A stretch of 64,000 bases of DNA from Lingula anatina (Eukaryota; Animalia; Brachiopoda): the NCBI GenBank assembly GCA_051362555.1, contig CM120640.1:16306001-16370000 (forward strand), read 5' to 3'. Of this stretch, positions 1 to 13,600 are shown piece by piece. The notes under the pieces are model-generated. The model saw only the letters and a list, made by a program, of their open reading frames with translations. It had not been told where the DNA came from and did not search any database. The position numbers were made by a program, and so were the translations under genes. Positions within the stretch are counted from its first letter, which is position 1; every line of letters starts with the position of its first letter.

Positions 1-315
1 GTGATTCTTTCGCCTTATTTGCATAATTGGTGAATAGAGATGAGAGTCAGTAAACCCGATCCTTTTATAAACCAAATTATGTTCATTTGCAGCCATTTTT
101 TCTTTTCTTTACTGCATTTTTCAGATAGGCCTACTTCATTTTTGAACTTGAATATTTCAAACATTTATAAACAGAATCGCCGTTTTTTCCCGATTTTTCA
201 AGTATTGGAAACAATACAATTCCTGGGGAACTTGATGACTGTACATTGTGATTTATGATTGGTATACAAAACAGTCCTCATGGTTCCTTAAACTGGCAGT
301 AGGCCCTACAACTTA

Positions 316-316
<1 letters not shown>

Positions 317-365
<49 letters not shown>
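317..365. repeat. poly(A) homopolymer, about 49 nt
   Basis: Uninterrupted A run; it explains the poly-Lys ORF 248..496. Confidence 0.9.
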
Positions 366-369
<4 letters not shown>

Positions 370-1016
370 ATACATTTACATTGTACCAGGAAATGCTGTA
401 AAAATCAAAGTCCATGTTTTCTTGTTTTCTTCTTGCAGCTCTGAAACATGCAGTTGTCTACAGATAAGAATCAAAATTCATTGCCCACAAACGTAGGCTA
501 TGTTAGCTCATATCGGGTTCAGAAAAGCGGAAGAAAATTCCCCAGAACCAGTGAAATGACACAAGTAGGTGTGTTCCTGGGAGTGGAGGAAAGAGAACCA
601 GGGAGTGCGTGTTAATCTGCTTAAATTTCCCACTAATCTATCAATGCAAATAACAATTACCAGGCGCTCTTGTCACCAATATACATCCGAGCCTGACTTA
701 CATCAGAACACGAAATAAAAATGGAAAAAAAAGAAAAATGCAAAGTCGAAATATAGAAGGCTTATGGGCAGACCTTATCCGACTCCAGTGTCAGAGAAGC
801 ATTTTAAAAGTACGTACACGTTGTTCACGGCTGTTAGAGGCCTGCTCCAATATTTGCAGAGTGATTCGCGTGCCGGTGTCACTTAGCTATTGGGCCGACA
901 CTCCCACCGGTAAAGCTTTCAAACTCTTCTCACAGTATCCGCCGGTATCGAGCGGCCCGCCCTGACCTGTTGGGTGATCATTGGTGAGGTTCTGTTTGCT
1001 CTGAAGCGTAGCGCCT

Positions 1017-1106
1017 TATATAAAGGGGCACGCCGGCAGAGCATGCTGTAATTTTGCAGTGACACCCTGACGTACGGGAGATAGGGGGATTCCCACGAAG
1101 ATACAG
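1017..1106 (+). promoter_or_regulatory. Putative TATA box and first non-coding exon of the neuropeptide gene
   Basis: TATATAAAG at 1017-1025 in a GC-richer patch, a CRE-like TGACGTA near 1068, and a good donor CAG|GTACGT at 1106/1107. A second possible 5'UTR exon lies at about 2304-2366. Confidence 0.45.
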
Positions 1107-2427
1107 GTACGTGGATGGTTTACAGTTTTCTGTGTGACCTTAGTGTGATCTCTCGTTTATGACTGAAAACAATTGCGGTTCTATTTGCCTCAGTGTTTTA
1201 AGCTTAAAAAACATATACATTCTCTACGGTGATTTCTTGATTCTCTTAATGAGACATAAGATGTAGGGTTGGAAGGAATTTGTCTGCGATTTATCAGCAA
1301 GTAAACCAAAACAAATATCAGTGATTTTTTTTTAAAAATCAGACAATGAAAAATTACGTGGAAAACTAACAATTTACCTTTGGCAGTAACCTTTGATAAC
1401 GAATATATATTTTGTGTGAATAAAAATAGGCTCGTTTTTTAGAAAAAGAAATCTGTGAAAAAACGTCAGCTAAAAAAATTGTTCAAACCAGGACAATAAA
1501 TATTATCATTTAGATACAGTATTTAATCCCCCAATAGTTTGGGTCAAAAAGTACACGTCCATTATATTGATATCAAATTTTGACCATTTGAAAAGTTGAC
1601 AGTGGATTATTAAGGGTTGTGTTGGAGACAAAACAAACCAATCACTTCGGAGATATTGAACCTTATGGGAACCAAACCGTTGGATAAAGCCGGTAACGTG
1701 ATTGCCTTATTTGTAGAAGACACATATTACAAAGTCAGAACATAATGACACTTAAAACTGGAGGACTTAAACTGCTTTCAGCGAAGGACTAAGACATTAT
1801 CAATTGCTGAATGGAGATGTCCTCTCATGTCGTAATCCCAGTCGGAGTGGATTAACAGCTGGTTTCTAAGTGTCTTACATGCCGCAATAGCAACGGCGAC
1901 GTGGAAAGACAATATTAAGTCAAGGACCGCTGAGATTCGAGTGAGTCAGCGACTCTGCTGACGTAGGGAGCTCGGGTTGAGATGTGATTATTGGTCCGCG
2001 ACGCGGGTGCATTGAACGGTAGTTCAAGTACCCTTTTGACCAGACGTACCTGTATCACGAGGTACAGTGCTGACACGTGGATGTTTGTGTGCACGCGATT
2101 TTTAATCAATGGTCGTTAAGGATGTCAATTTCTGTGACACCCACGTGAAAATAAAGATTAATATATATCACAAAAATAAAGAGGCACTCATACACCTGTA
2201 AGCGGCTGATTTCGGTAAGAGTGTGCAGACAAATCTCTTTCTATTCATGAAAATCACAGATATCGATACACCTCTTAGAAGTTTAAGTTTCTTGCCATTC
2301 CAGGTTGATTTCAGTTTGTAAATATACAGTAAACGGAGACCATATGACGGTAACTAGACTCTGATAGTGAGTAAGACCTGTCACACAACATTTAAACGTA
2401 AAGGTTAATTTTTTTCAGCTTGTAAAT

Positions 2428-5251
2428 ATGCAGAAAACTCACAGTTGTGCGGCGCTCCTTCTTGCCACACTAGCGTTTATGATGTTGGCGTCCACCTCAG
2501 CAAAGAGCATTTCCAGCGTTCAACACTCCAGGTGGGACAAAATTTGTACAATTTTATTTCAAACTTGTATTTAACAATCATTTACTTGGCTTTTTTCTAG
2601 ATATCCTAAGTCCTACATCTCTCGTGCAAGAGCTCTTTCTATCTTTGATAAACATTTGTACACCGAAATTAGGAAGTCATAAGTTTTAACACTATTGCTA
2701 TTTTAAAGCGTGAATACATAGTTTAGAATGAACAAATGCCATATGCTTTAAATCAAACATTTCAATATCCCAGTCAAAGTATTGCATCCCGGCAAACAAT
2801 TAGCGGTGGTTTTGTAAATAATCTGTTTGTTGCTTTTAAAGGCTTTCAGAAGGCCAATTGTACATTTCAAAGGAACTTGTTGCATGCTTTTGTCACCTTG
2901 TATCTGTCGTTTGTCATTTTTTATTGTAATACATATATATATGTGTGTGTATGCCAAATCTATAACAATATTGTGCTGTTTCATGAAACCATCTAGCAAG
3001 GAATGCTTGCTTGTTTTAGCTCTTTATTCTTAATTCTATAACTGTCAAACGGATGTTCTGGCATCATCTTCCAAGAATAAGAATTTAAAAGGAAAGTAAG
3101 CAAAAAAAAAGTCATTTAAAAAAAATAGAGCAAGCATTTAAATTTGAACTTTGTGAATTCTTTCATTATAATTGATATTTAATCAATCAACCAATCAAAT
3201 GGCCACTCAATCACCCTGAGATGATGATTTATACGTGTTGGGTAATTTGAGCATGTCGTCATGGGTGTATATGGTGTTGGTTTATGTTGTATATTTGTTG
3301 TAGACATCGGGTAAGGCGGCAGGGAGGAGATATGACAATAGCCGATCGTTTGGCGTGGCTTTCACAGAACATTAGACAACCAGTCGGCTGTTCAGACGCG
3401 GCCTGTGGATTTGTCGATACAGATAAAATGTAGGTATATGTGTGTGTCGGTATAGTTATAGTGAGACTTGTGTGTCTGGGTATTTTTCTTGCATGTCACG
3501 GGTTGAGGCTACAACACAGTATATGACTTCCGTGAAATTTAGTAATACGGTGGTTCAAAACCTAATGTGCGGTGCGTCATGCACGGTTGTGGAGCTGAGC
3601 GTGACTGCGGCGTGTGGAGGAGCATGACGAACCAACGCAGTACCATCGGCTGAAAGTGTGATGATTATTGCATGCCAAGGTCATGGGGAATGTGGTTACG
3701 GCGCGATGCATGGCAGGGGCATGGGGAATTTGGTTACGGCGAGGTGCATGACAGGGGCATGGGTAGGAGCATGGGTAGCCAGGGGAACTGTTTCTTGAAA
3801 GAACTTTTAAGCCTGCAAATTTCGCTAAACTATTAGACCGAAAATTTAGTTTATTTTGTCCCACGATGAATCAGGAGAAGTACAATTCAATGGAATATTG
3901 CACCTGTTTTACAATAAGGAAACGCGCGCGCGCGCGCGTCTAATATCTCCCTTAATTCGTACTATATTAAAGAGGGATACTATGGAATTATCTTGAAATG
4001 AATTTCAAATAGACCATTTTTTCTGCCTAAACGTTTAGACTAATTTGAAGGCTTGAGTTCAGAGAAACTGGTCCGTCGATAGATAGTTAGAACGTCTTCT
4101 CGTGACTGATGACATTTTGGTTCTTACACACGGCAGCCGAGTTAAGCGACAGTGGGCGGACGCGCGTATGGCTGAACTGTTGCCGCTGATGGGCCTTATG
4201 CGAGGGGGACCGGGGTCCGTTGCCCACGGCATGGTAGACCCCGCAGTGAAGTATGTGCTGGTATTTACATTACACACATGCTCGCGCGCACGTGGGCACA
4301 CACGTGCATGCATGCACACACATGTAATCTTTTAAGTATCTAAAATTGAATATGTCATATATTCTGTTTTGACGATATTTGAAATTTCTTAAAATGAGTT
4401 AAAGGAATTCAGTATGAAGAGTCTATTTCTCATGAAGGGATCATTTACTGAATGGAAACCTAAGCAGTGTTCCAATTGAAAAACAAACAAAAACAACCTA
4501 CGTAAAATCTCTATCTATTTGCTGAGACATTCACAAATATTGCCATAAATTCTTTTAGTGATCATGAAACAGGATAATCAGTGTTTGATTGTTTACCAGC
4601 GTCGCAAATGACTCTGCAAATGAGGAACTGGTAATAAATTTGCTCTAAAAGTGATCGAGTTGCAATGCAAAAAAAATTATCCAATCGTGCGTCATCGTAA
4701 AGCTGTTAGCACAATGTGTCAAGTTAAGATTATGTTACTGTTTTTATTCTCTTTTAATTGGGAATCAATTTACTGGAAAGGGGATGATATAATGAAACCA
4801 AATGACAAACCCATGTTGGTCTAGGGTTACATTTGAGATACGTCAGATTAAGTGTGTGACTTATTGAAGATACTAAGCGGTTTTGTTGGAATGTAAATAT
4901 TTTAAAAAATATGTACCTAGATACTCACATCGAATCTGATTGAGTTTTTTTTTCTTTGAAGGTTATATTAAAATGGTTTTAATTGTCTTAATAACTATTA
5001 AAGCTATCAATAGGTCCATAATAGTTTATTTTCATTGTAATATTCTATGTAATAAACTACCTTAACCACTAAGTAAGAATACGTGAAACGACTCCATTGA
5101 TTAATAGTTTGCCGTTTTCATTTAAAGTGGCAAGAGGAAGAGGGAGAGCACAGACTATTACTACAACAACGGCGAAAGCAGTTTTAGTGACCTCAGGAAA
5201 GAACGGATACTCCAAAGACTGACACAGCTATTAATAGAAGGCAATCAATAG
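2428..5251 (+). CDS. PXXXamide / invertebrate parathyroid-hormone-like (iPTH) neuropeptide precursor with two alternative peptide exons
   Basis: Exon 2428-2531 encodes MQKTHSCAALLLATLAFMMLASTSAKSISSVQHS (signal peptide). Cassette A is 3304-3429 and cassette B is 4137-4250. The last coding exon 5128-5251 encodes GKRKRESTDYYYNNGESSFSDLRKERILQRLTQLLIEGNQ*. All introns are GT-AG and phase 2. Precursors are 117 aa (A) and 113 aa (B). Confidence 0.8.
3304..3429 (+). CDS. Neuropeptide cassette exon A (Cys-bridged peptide)
   Basis: ttgtag|A...AT|gtaggt, 126 nt: (R)HRVRR-QGGDMTIADRLAWLSQNIRQPVGCSDAACGFVDTDK(I). Confidence 0.8.
4137..4250 (+). CDS. Neuropeptide cassette exon B (PXXXamide peptide)
   Basis: cggcag|C...AA|gtatgt, 114 nt: (S)RVKR-QWADARMAELLPLMGLMRGGPGSVAHGMVDPAV(N); contained in ORF 4102..4335. 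Confidence 0.8.
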
Positions 5252-8200
5252 GTAAGGGGCCCTCGAAACGTTCTTCATAATCAAGTAGATAATATTACGG
5301 ACTTTCATGTTATACAACTGAAACTGCGAGTGGCAGTGGCCCCTTTAAGGACATGCTAAACCAACACTATAAAAAGTTGTTGAAATAATCAGAAGGTTTA
5401 AGTGTGCTGGCGGTAGCCGTTTCTGTAAATCCTCGTTGACTGCTTATAAATTAATACAGCTTATAAAGTTGACGTTGTTAGGGCCCAAATTCAGACTTGA
5501 ACTTAACTACATTTATTTTCCATTTTGCAAATTTACTTGTAGCGCCGCGACCAATACAAGCAGATCAAATAATTGGTCGGAAGAAGCGGCAAACGTCAAC
5601 AGATCGGACTGTAAAATGCATTGGCATAATAATGTCTATATGAAGTTTAGTTTTGAACAGATGGTGGTAGATCAATCAAGTAATGATTTCTTTTCCATTT
5701 GTCGTTTGCAGGAGTGGAGGTGCTACTTAAACAATGGCGAAGTGTCAGCCAAACGATATCTACTACAGCTGACGAAATAAAAACAAGAATCTCAGACGAC
5801 TGCTCCTTTCTACTTAAAAAATGAAGTGAAAAAAAAAAAAAAAAAGATTAGAGATGGTTAATAAATGAGACACTGAGTCATAAGTTGATCATCCAAACAA
5901 ACATAAAGCAAAACGCTTCATTTTGAAGGGGAGAGGAAATGATTACGTGTTCAGCCACAGTAAGAAATTACATTGACGCTGGTATACCTGATAATTCCAC
6001 TCATTGGACTTTTTAAAAGCGCAGTGGCATGATATTATTTATTATTATTTATTTTCTATTTATTTTACGACTATTAATAAAGGATGAAAATAAAAAATTG
6101 AAGAAACTTGCCAAATGAAAAAATTAGGTTGTTTTTATGATAACATCAAAGTTGGTTGAATGCAGGCTTAAGTATATTAAGGTGCTCATACATACAAAAA
6201 CAATGGAAATTAAATGGTGTTAAATTATGCTTCTTGCTACAAGCCTTAAATTTGGAGATTTATTTATTTATTTATTTAAATAGATTTAATGGTTTCGCTG
6301 TAAAAGGCCATAGATTTGTTATTTTATTTATTTATTGTTATTATTATTTTTGCAATAGAAAGCAGTGAAATTGTACACAAAACACAAAACACGTGTGCAA
6401 GCAATTATGGACAAGAACTAACCTCAAGTGAACATTCACTGGGCCTCATATGACTATATTATTCCACACAGACAATATTTGCTGCAATGAAAATGATATT
6501 CGATATACATCATTAAACAATGATAAACTACATGTATTTGAGTAACGCCAGATCTTGGAACAATGAAGCCTTGATAGGTCTTTGTCATACAAATTACGCA
6601 CTGTGCCTTTTAATTGCTGTATCTATATAGTTTCATTTAACGTTGAAATAATCAATAATTGAAAGGAAATCTGACAAAGACCAGCAGCATTTGTTTACTT
6701 TCACGTTTGTACATGCCTTTGATCAAACATCATTTGGCACATTGAAAACATCCGACAGTTTTATGGCTTTGCGTCGTCAGATTTAGTTTACATTAAACAA
6801 AAACGAAAGAATATTAGAAAAATTTTGAAAAAAGTCATTACGCTGTCAGTTGCACGAAAAAAAAAAACTGCAAATCACGCTCTGATAACAGGGGAGTGGT
6901 CAGCCCCATGCTTGGTCATAGGACGGTGATGGCATAGATATTTAAGGAAATATGACATCAGCAAGATTAGCTTGAACCCAGTGCAAGGATTATCACATAA
7001 ATTCTATCTTGTCAAAATATGCCCTTGATACAACATGTACAAGAACGTCAAGTTGATTCAAAATCATGTGAGATTCCATAATCTTAGTTATCAAAAACCA
7101 TTCTGCGACAGTGTTGACTGGTTGGAAATTGGGTGCAATAACTAGTGCATAGTTTGAGATGTAACATCTCGACATCATGAACCAATTATGTCGATTTTAC
7201 GCGGATTTTTGCATTAATCTGTACGAAATAAATAAACCCATTCACAAGCAAGTTCTCTGGAAAAGCAACCATACATAAAAAAAAATTCATATGAATGGTA
7301 AAGGCATCAAAAATATAGAAAGTACTATACGAAAACGAGTTTTAAATGCACGTATATTCAACCTGGTACCCGGGTGTCGGAGGACACTGGAAACTCGGCT
7401 CTCTACTACATGCAATTGGAAACAGCACATGTTTCATTTGAAACTCGGGAGTGAATTCCAGTCATCTTCTTTTGAATATCTAAATGCGTCGCAGGAGTCT
7501 CAGGGCGCTTAATGTTTTTTTTTTCGGAGTCAATAAGTTTAAGTAGACAAAAACCAAATGAAAAGCAATCTAAATCACCTTTGGTAATTCTTTTCCGTAT
7601 AGGAGCCTGAAAAGATTACTTTTGAAAGCTTCTTGTCTGATAACAACACACTTCAAGCCCAAGTGGACTAGTAAAGCCCCAGTTGTAAAATTACTTCTAA
7701 GAAACTGAAAGAGGTATTAGTCATGGTTTTCTTGCTAATAATTATATTTTCACTGATTATGTTAGAGGGTTTCCTGGAATTCTACCAGCCAAAATAATTT
7801 AGACAGCAGACCTTGCAAATATACAAGCAAGGGACGATGGCAGCACAAAAACAAGAGGCAAGGCTAAACTATATGACAATTAAAAAAAGGATTGTACCGG
7901 GTAACTTTGGAGAAAATGTTCGGACTCGGTTTATACTATAAAACACACCATTCATACATGGATCAAGTGTATTTACTATTTACAAATGAGAGTCAATAAG
8001 GGACAATAAGTGTTATTATGCCACACATAGGAATAGACCGCTGAGCAGAGACGCGTACGAGCGAACTGGAGATTGATATTTTAGTATATTTCAAACCATA
8101 CATTTTGGTCTAGTTTGAGCCAAGACAAACCAGTTGTAGTGCACTGAAATGTAGCACTGTCCGTCTCTTAAAATCTCAAAGTTAGGACAAATTTCTGGTT

Positions 8201-10604
8201 TAATATTCTTTAGTGGACTGTCTCTTCCAGTCTCACTAAATTTACAGTGAAAAAATGTGTCAACAAGCATGACGAGGGAGATGCAAGCGAGCACTTCACG
8301 GTGTTATTACATTTCTGAAGCAAACAGGTCAGATATAACATTACTGCTCAGACATCAAAGTCCCTGGGCAAAAAAGAATGGAATTAATTCAGAATTCAAA
8401 AAGACAAGTAACATGTGTGTGGGTGTTAACATCTTTTTTTAATTATATTATCATTCATTATGGGCTTCATTTCCTTGTGTAAATACTAATATTTCAATCC
8501 CAATTAAATCTTTTGGAATTAACAAACAAGATCACAATCATTAACATGTGATAACATTAATTAACAGAGGGCCCACAGAGTATCTGCTGTTAAAATAACC
8601 CAATCAATGCATGTTGTACTCATGGAGCAAACAAAGATAGAAGAACATGCATGGGATTAACCCCATGGCATATAAAATACAACACAATACAATACAATGA
8701 GGACAAGCTACAATTCAAATGTTACAACAATACTGGAATTGGTATGAAATAAGAAAGCCAAAGCAGCTACATTTACATTGTACACCACCCACAGGCATAA
8801 AAGCTGGGCAAAAGTAAGAGAAAGAACATATAATACTGAATTAAATACAAATTTCAATATAACAAACCATTTAACTTATAGGAGTGCTTAAAATCCAGTT
8901 TTCAAATGCTTTGAAAGAACTTGACCGATAACCCAGCTATTGAAAAACAACAAAGAAAAATAAGAATGAACAGACCAAAACAAAATTATGGTTTTACCAA
9001 CTTGGATTGACAGTTAAAAAATAATAATAAACTGCAAAACAACATAAACTGCTTATGTCACATTAAGACAGTTTACAATGAAAGTTCTTTAGGAATAAAA
9101 AATGTCATGAAATATACCAAACGAACTGGTAAAACTTTCCATTGCAACAAATCTCATTAGTTTAAATTTGGTACTGGACAACTGGAAGAGTGTAAGTCAC
9201 TCAAACATGCAATTCACAAAAATAACAACAAGATAAATTCTCATATTAACTGTTATTAACTACTTATTTGGCACATTTTCTTCATAAAATGCCACATCTG
9301 TAAACCTTTTCAAAACAAACACTAACATACTAATGCACTGCCCCTTGGCATTATCTTTAACTACTAATCATAGTTTATAGAGACCATGAGGTAACTATGG
9401 AAACTACATTGTTATCAAAGGAGCAGCTATTGTCGATTTCACAAAAGTGCCTTTATTTTAACCATCAGATAAAGGTCACATCCTAAGGAGGTTTTGACAT
9501 ATTACTACTCTTGAGTCTACTGACCTATCTGAGTATCAAAACGCTGATTTTGTCCATAAAATAAAAATGTCCAACGTTAATTCATTAGATGCTTATCAGG
9601 TAACAATACAGCAATCACATGTGGGAAATCGGGTCAGATCTTCCAAAAAACAGATGGTGAGATAGGAAAAAAAAGCACTGCTAGCATTGCATAATTAAGT
9701 TCATTTAGTCTCTGAAATCCATCTTTTGACTTCAGAACCTAAATGTCAAATCCCTAGACCTTGGCTGAGTTTTTAAGTTGGGCACAATAACATTCCATAA
9801 CAGAATGTAACTTATTTACCTCAAGCTCATTTTGTCTAATTGAAAGGCTACACAGTCTCTGTTTAGGCACTCTTTGGTAATATCTTATTGACTTCAAACT
9901 GTTACACGGTAAGCTTTAAAAACTTTGATGGAATGGAAAATGCTACAGGGTTATACTACCATATTTTAAGTACAGGTTACTATAGAGATACAGAAAATTA
10001 ATATTAAAAATATTGCAAACACAAAAATCTAAAAAGCCTATTCCCCTGTGACATGATAAACAACCTTAAGACTTATGAATACTACCTTTAACCAACCCCA
10101 CTTTATATATGATTTTCTTAAGTAGAAGAGATACTATCAATAAGCAAAAGTAATTCTTTCTGAATATAGAAACAACCTGAGGTGACTGGCCTATAAAGCA
10201 ATTGTGTAACATTTTTTTCCTCATAATAAACATATGATGGTGGTATTCCCAAATAAAATAGAGCAGATGGGATACATACTAAAGACTATTTGTTGTCTTA
10301 TCTAAAACAGTTTCAAAGTTTGTTTAAGTCGCATAATGATTATTGGACCTTTATATATATGAAAAGAGTCATTTTCCCATAAATTTCAACACTTTTTCCT
10401 TCTTCATCACCAAAATACATCATATCTAAAACTGTTGGCAAAAACAAGTGAGCAACTTTTTTTAAAATTTTGAGCCACTACAAACAGAGATGGAGACAGG
10501 TGAATTTCACTAATGCATGTAAAAAAAAATAATAATAAAAAAAAATAAAAAATAAAAATGCTCCTCAGTCACACCCAATTGTGCTATGTTAGAGCAAAAC
10601 CTCT

Positions 10605-13600
10605 TTAGGACTTGCTTTTTCTTCGTTTCTGTGCCTTGGTGTCCATCTTCTCCAGATCATAGAGGACTTCCAGGACACAGGAGACACTCCATGCCTGGGC
10701 GGAGCTGCTGTGGCGACATGGCTAGAAGGTATAAAATAGTCAGGTTTACATATAACATGGTGATAGATCACCGCCCTGAGTTTCAGAGAATACTGGGAAC
10801 TGTAGAGGTATGCTGAGAGTGGAGGTTAATTTCCAGTAAACTCAAAAACATAGGGTGTACACCACTTGGAAAACTGATATTAGAGTGTATTCTATGGAAT
10901 CCCAGGAGGGCCAAGCGAAAAAAAAATTGAAAAAAAAATTTTTTTTTGAAAAAAAAAAAAAAATTTGAAAAAAAAAAAATTGAAAAAAAACATTTGAAAA
11001 AAAAATTTTTTTGAAAAAAAAAATTGCGAAATTTGCGAGATCGCGTGTAATCCCGCGAGATCGCGCGTAATCCTGCGTGGCCACGTGAAATCCCGCGATA
11101 CCGAGCAAATTTTATTTCAAAAGGAAATCAAGAAAAAGAGAAAAAAAATCACGATATCTCACGAGAAATTGCGAGAATAGAAACATGGCGGAAGAAGCCA
11201 CGATGTGTTTAAAATGCCAACATAGCACGGACTATGAACAACAGGCTCACATTCCCATTTGTAAATCATGCGGATGTGATAATATATTGCACGTAAGTTG
11301 TTTTCTCTTTATTCTTTATGCAGATGATAGTGTGACGTATAGTATTATTAGTGAATCAAGGACGAGTGTCCTCTTAGTCTTATTTCTTTACTATTACTAG
11401 TATTAGAACGTACTAGGGGCAATAAAAGAAGATAGCAACACCGGTTAAATAAATATGTCGCCTTTCCTGACACAGTGACACTGACTGGTTATGCAAACTT
11501 CTTCATTGGGTATTTAACTTATTTAACATACATTTACATAAATTTACAGTATTTTTCATTAGACTTCCTCGAAACAATTATTAAACCACACGTGTACAGT
11601 TCCCGTTAAGGATAGGAATGTTGAAAGTATTGCTTTTCATTTGTAATTTACGTTTGTAGAGTGTCGTCGGTGCTTGTAACAAAAGGCAATGTCGATGTCC
11701 AGGATACCGAAAAATTAGAACCATCAGACATTGTGTCAACTGTGGGCACTTGCCCATGGATCAGGACTACAAATTTGGTGAGCAAATTCAGTGTTTGTCT
11801 TTTTTCAACATGGATCTACCAAGTTATTTGTGTTAAAATACAATAAGAATTGAAATAGTTTCATATATGATATTAATTGAAATATTTTTAATTCTTGGGC
11901 TTCAGTTTGTCAATTCAAATAATAGTTATTTTATGAGAGCATGAAACAGAAGTTGATTTAAGAAAATATAAAATATAAATCATAAAATTGAATTAGGTGG
12001 ATTTAGCCTGTATAATTCACCTCTTATGTTGAGGCACACATCTCCAGTGTTATTATCAAAGCTTTTCTTTGGGCTACAAGTATGATATATATATATATAT
12101 ATCTCGAGGAAAAATATCAGAAAAAATTCACATCCATTTTGTAATAAACAAAAGAGCATACTAAATGAAATTGCCTTATAATGTGTGTATGTTTAATTGT
12201 ATCTCTTATAAGTCATCTATAGTCTGTCATTGCTTCATGTAAAAAATTCATTTTATTTTTGAATTTCAGATTTAAAGGTTTTCCTCAATAATCTAGTGGA
12301 ACATTATAAAAGCAAAGCTTTGATATTAGAATATTTAAAGGACATTGGTATTACCTGGAGGTAAATATTTTTGTGTAGAATTCTTTGTGGCAACAAATGC
12401 TTATTTATATTTGCTTTTTTGTAGAGAAATCTTTGTGTCAATCAATGTCATGTTTAATTCTTATTGTTAGTGAAGCTCATTGCTTATCGCCCACGTCAAG
12501 TCTTTTCTTGGTGACAAACTTAACTATTAATTGGACAGCTGCTGACATCACTGGATAGTTTTTTTTTAATGATGGCTTGGACTCCTGGAATTTTTGTTGA
12601 AAATTACAAGTGGTGATTTTAAATGGCATGAATCCCCAGAAAAGTCTTGGTCCGTGTTATCATTTTCATATAGATTCCCATAAAAATCTGCAAAATCCTA
12701 TTGCATGAAGGGCAAACTTTAAAGTTGTCAGCTCACTGAATATCTTAAAGCAGGTAATAAGTTCAGAAAGGATCTAATTATTTTTAATTATTTTCTTTTT
12801 CACTGTCAGTGAAAGAACCCTCAAGAGAAGGTTAAATGTTCTTGAAATCAAGCGACATGAACATGTCCCTGTCCAAGAATTAAGGGTAAGCAATAATTTT
12901 GATGCTGCCTACTTTGAATCAATCTGTATGTTGAAATAATATCTGTAGTATTTTGATCACTCAAGTCTTAGAATAGAGGAGATGGCATAAATACACCAAC
13001 CAACCAGTACAGTACTAGTATATAGATATGTCTGATAGAAAGTCTGTTACAATCCAAAACTTAATTATCCCCTTTGTACAAATAAAATAAAAATATTGAC
13101 ATCTTACAGTGATTTATATTTCCAATTATAATTTAATAAGGTTATATACATAATAAATGGTCATTTTAATGTGTGAGTCATATCTTTTTATGAAGGATAT
13201 TATTCAACAAGAATTCGTTGTTTGTGGGGGACTGGCAGGTGTGAGGCGAATATATGATCAGTGTCGCCAGAAATATCACAAGAAAGTAAAAAGGTTAGTT
13301 AAGCAAAGGATTAATTTTTGCAATTAAGCAGTTAATTAAAAAATGAAAGTAAAAATCTATTTTTGTTTCACTTCTATTAAATTATATTATTCTGTTACTC
13401 TATCCTAAGAATTGATGTGCAAGAGATATTGCATGAAGTTGATCATGAAGGTCGGAAACTAAGGATACAAAGGGCTTTAAATCGACGAGTTTTTAAATCA
13501 CAGATAAATATTATTTTTATGTATAGACACAGAGACCTATCTGTCTTGATCATTTAAGCCATGCACTTTCAGCGATAACACAATATGTGGAAAACTATTT

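Noticed and set aside
248-496. Poly-Lys ORF
   Set aside because: Translation of a poly(A) tract.
10842-11108. Phe-rich ORFs here and at 17017..17511
   Set aside because: Translations of the A/T tracts in the transposon TIRs.
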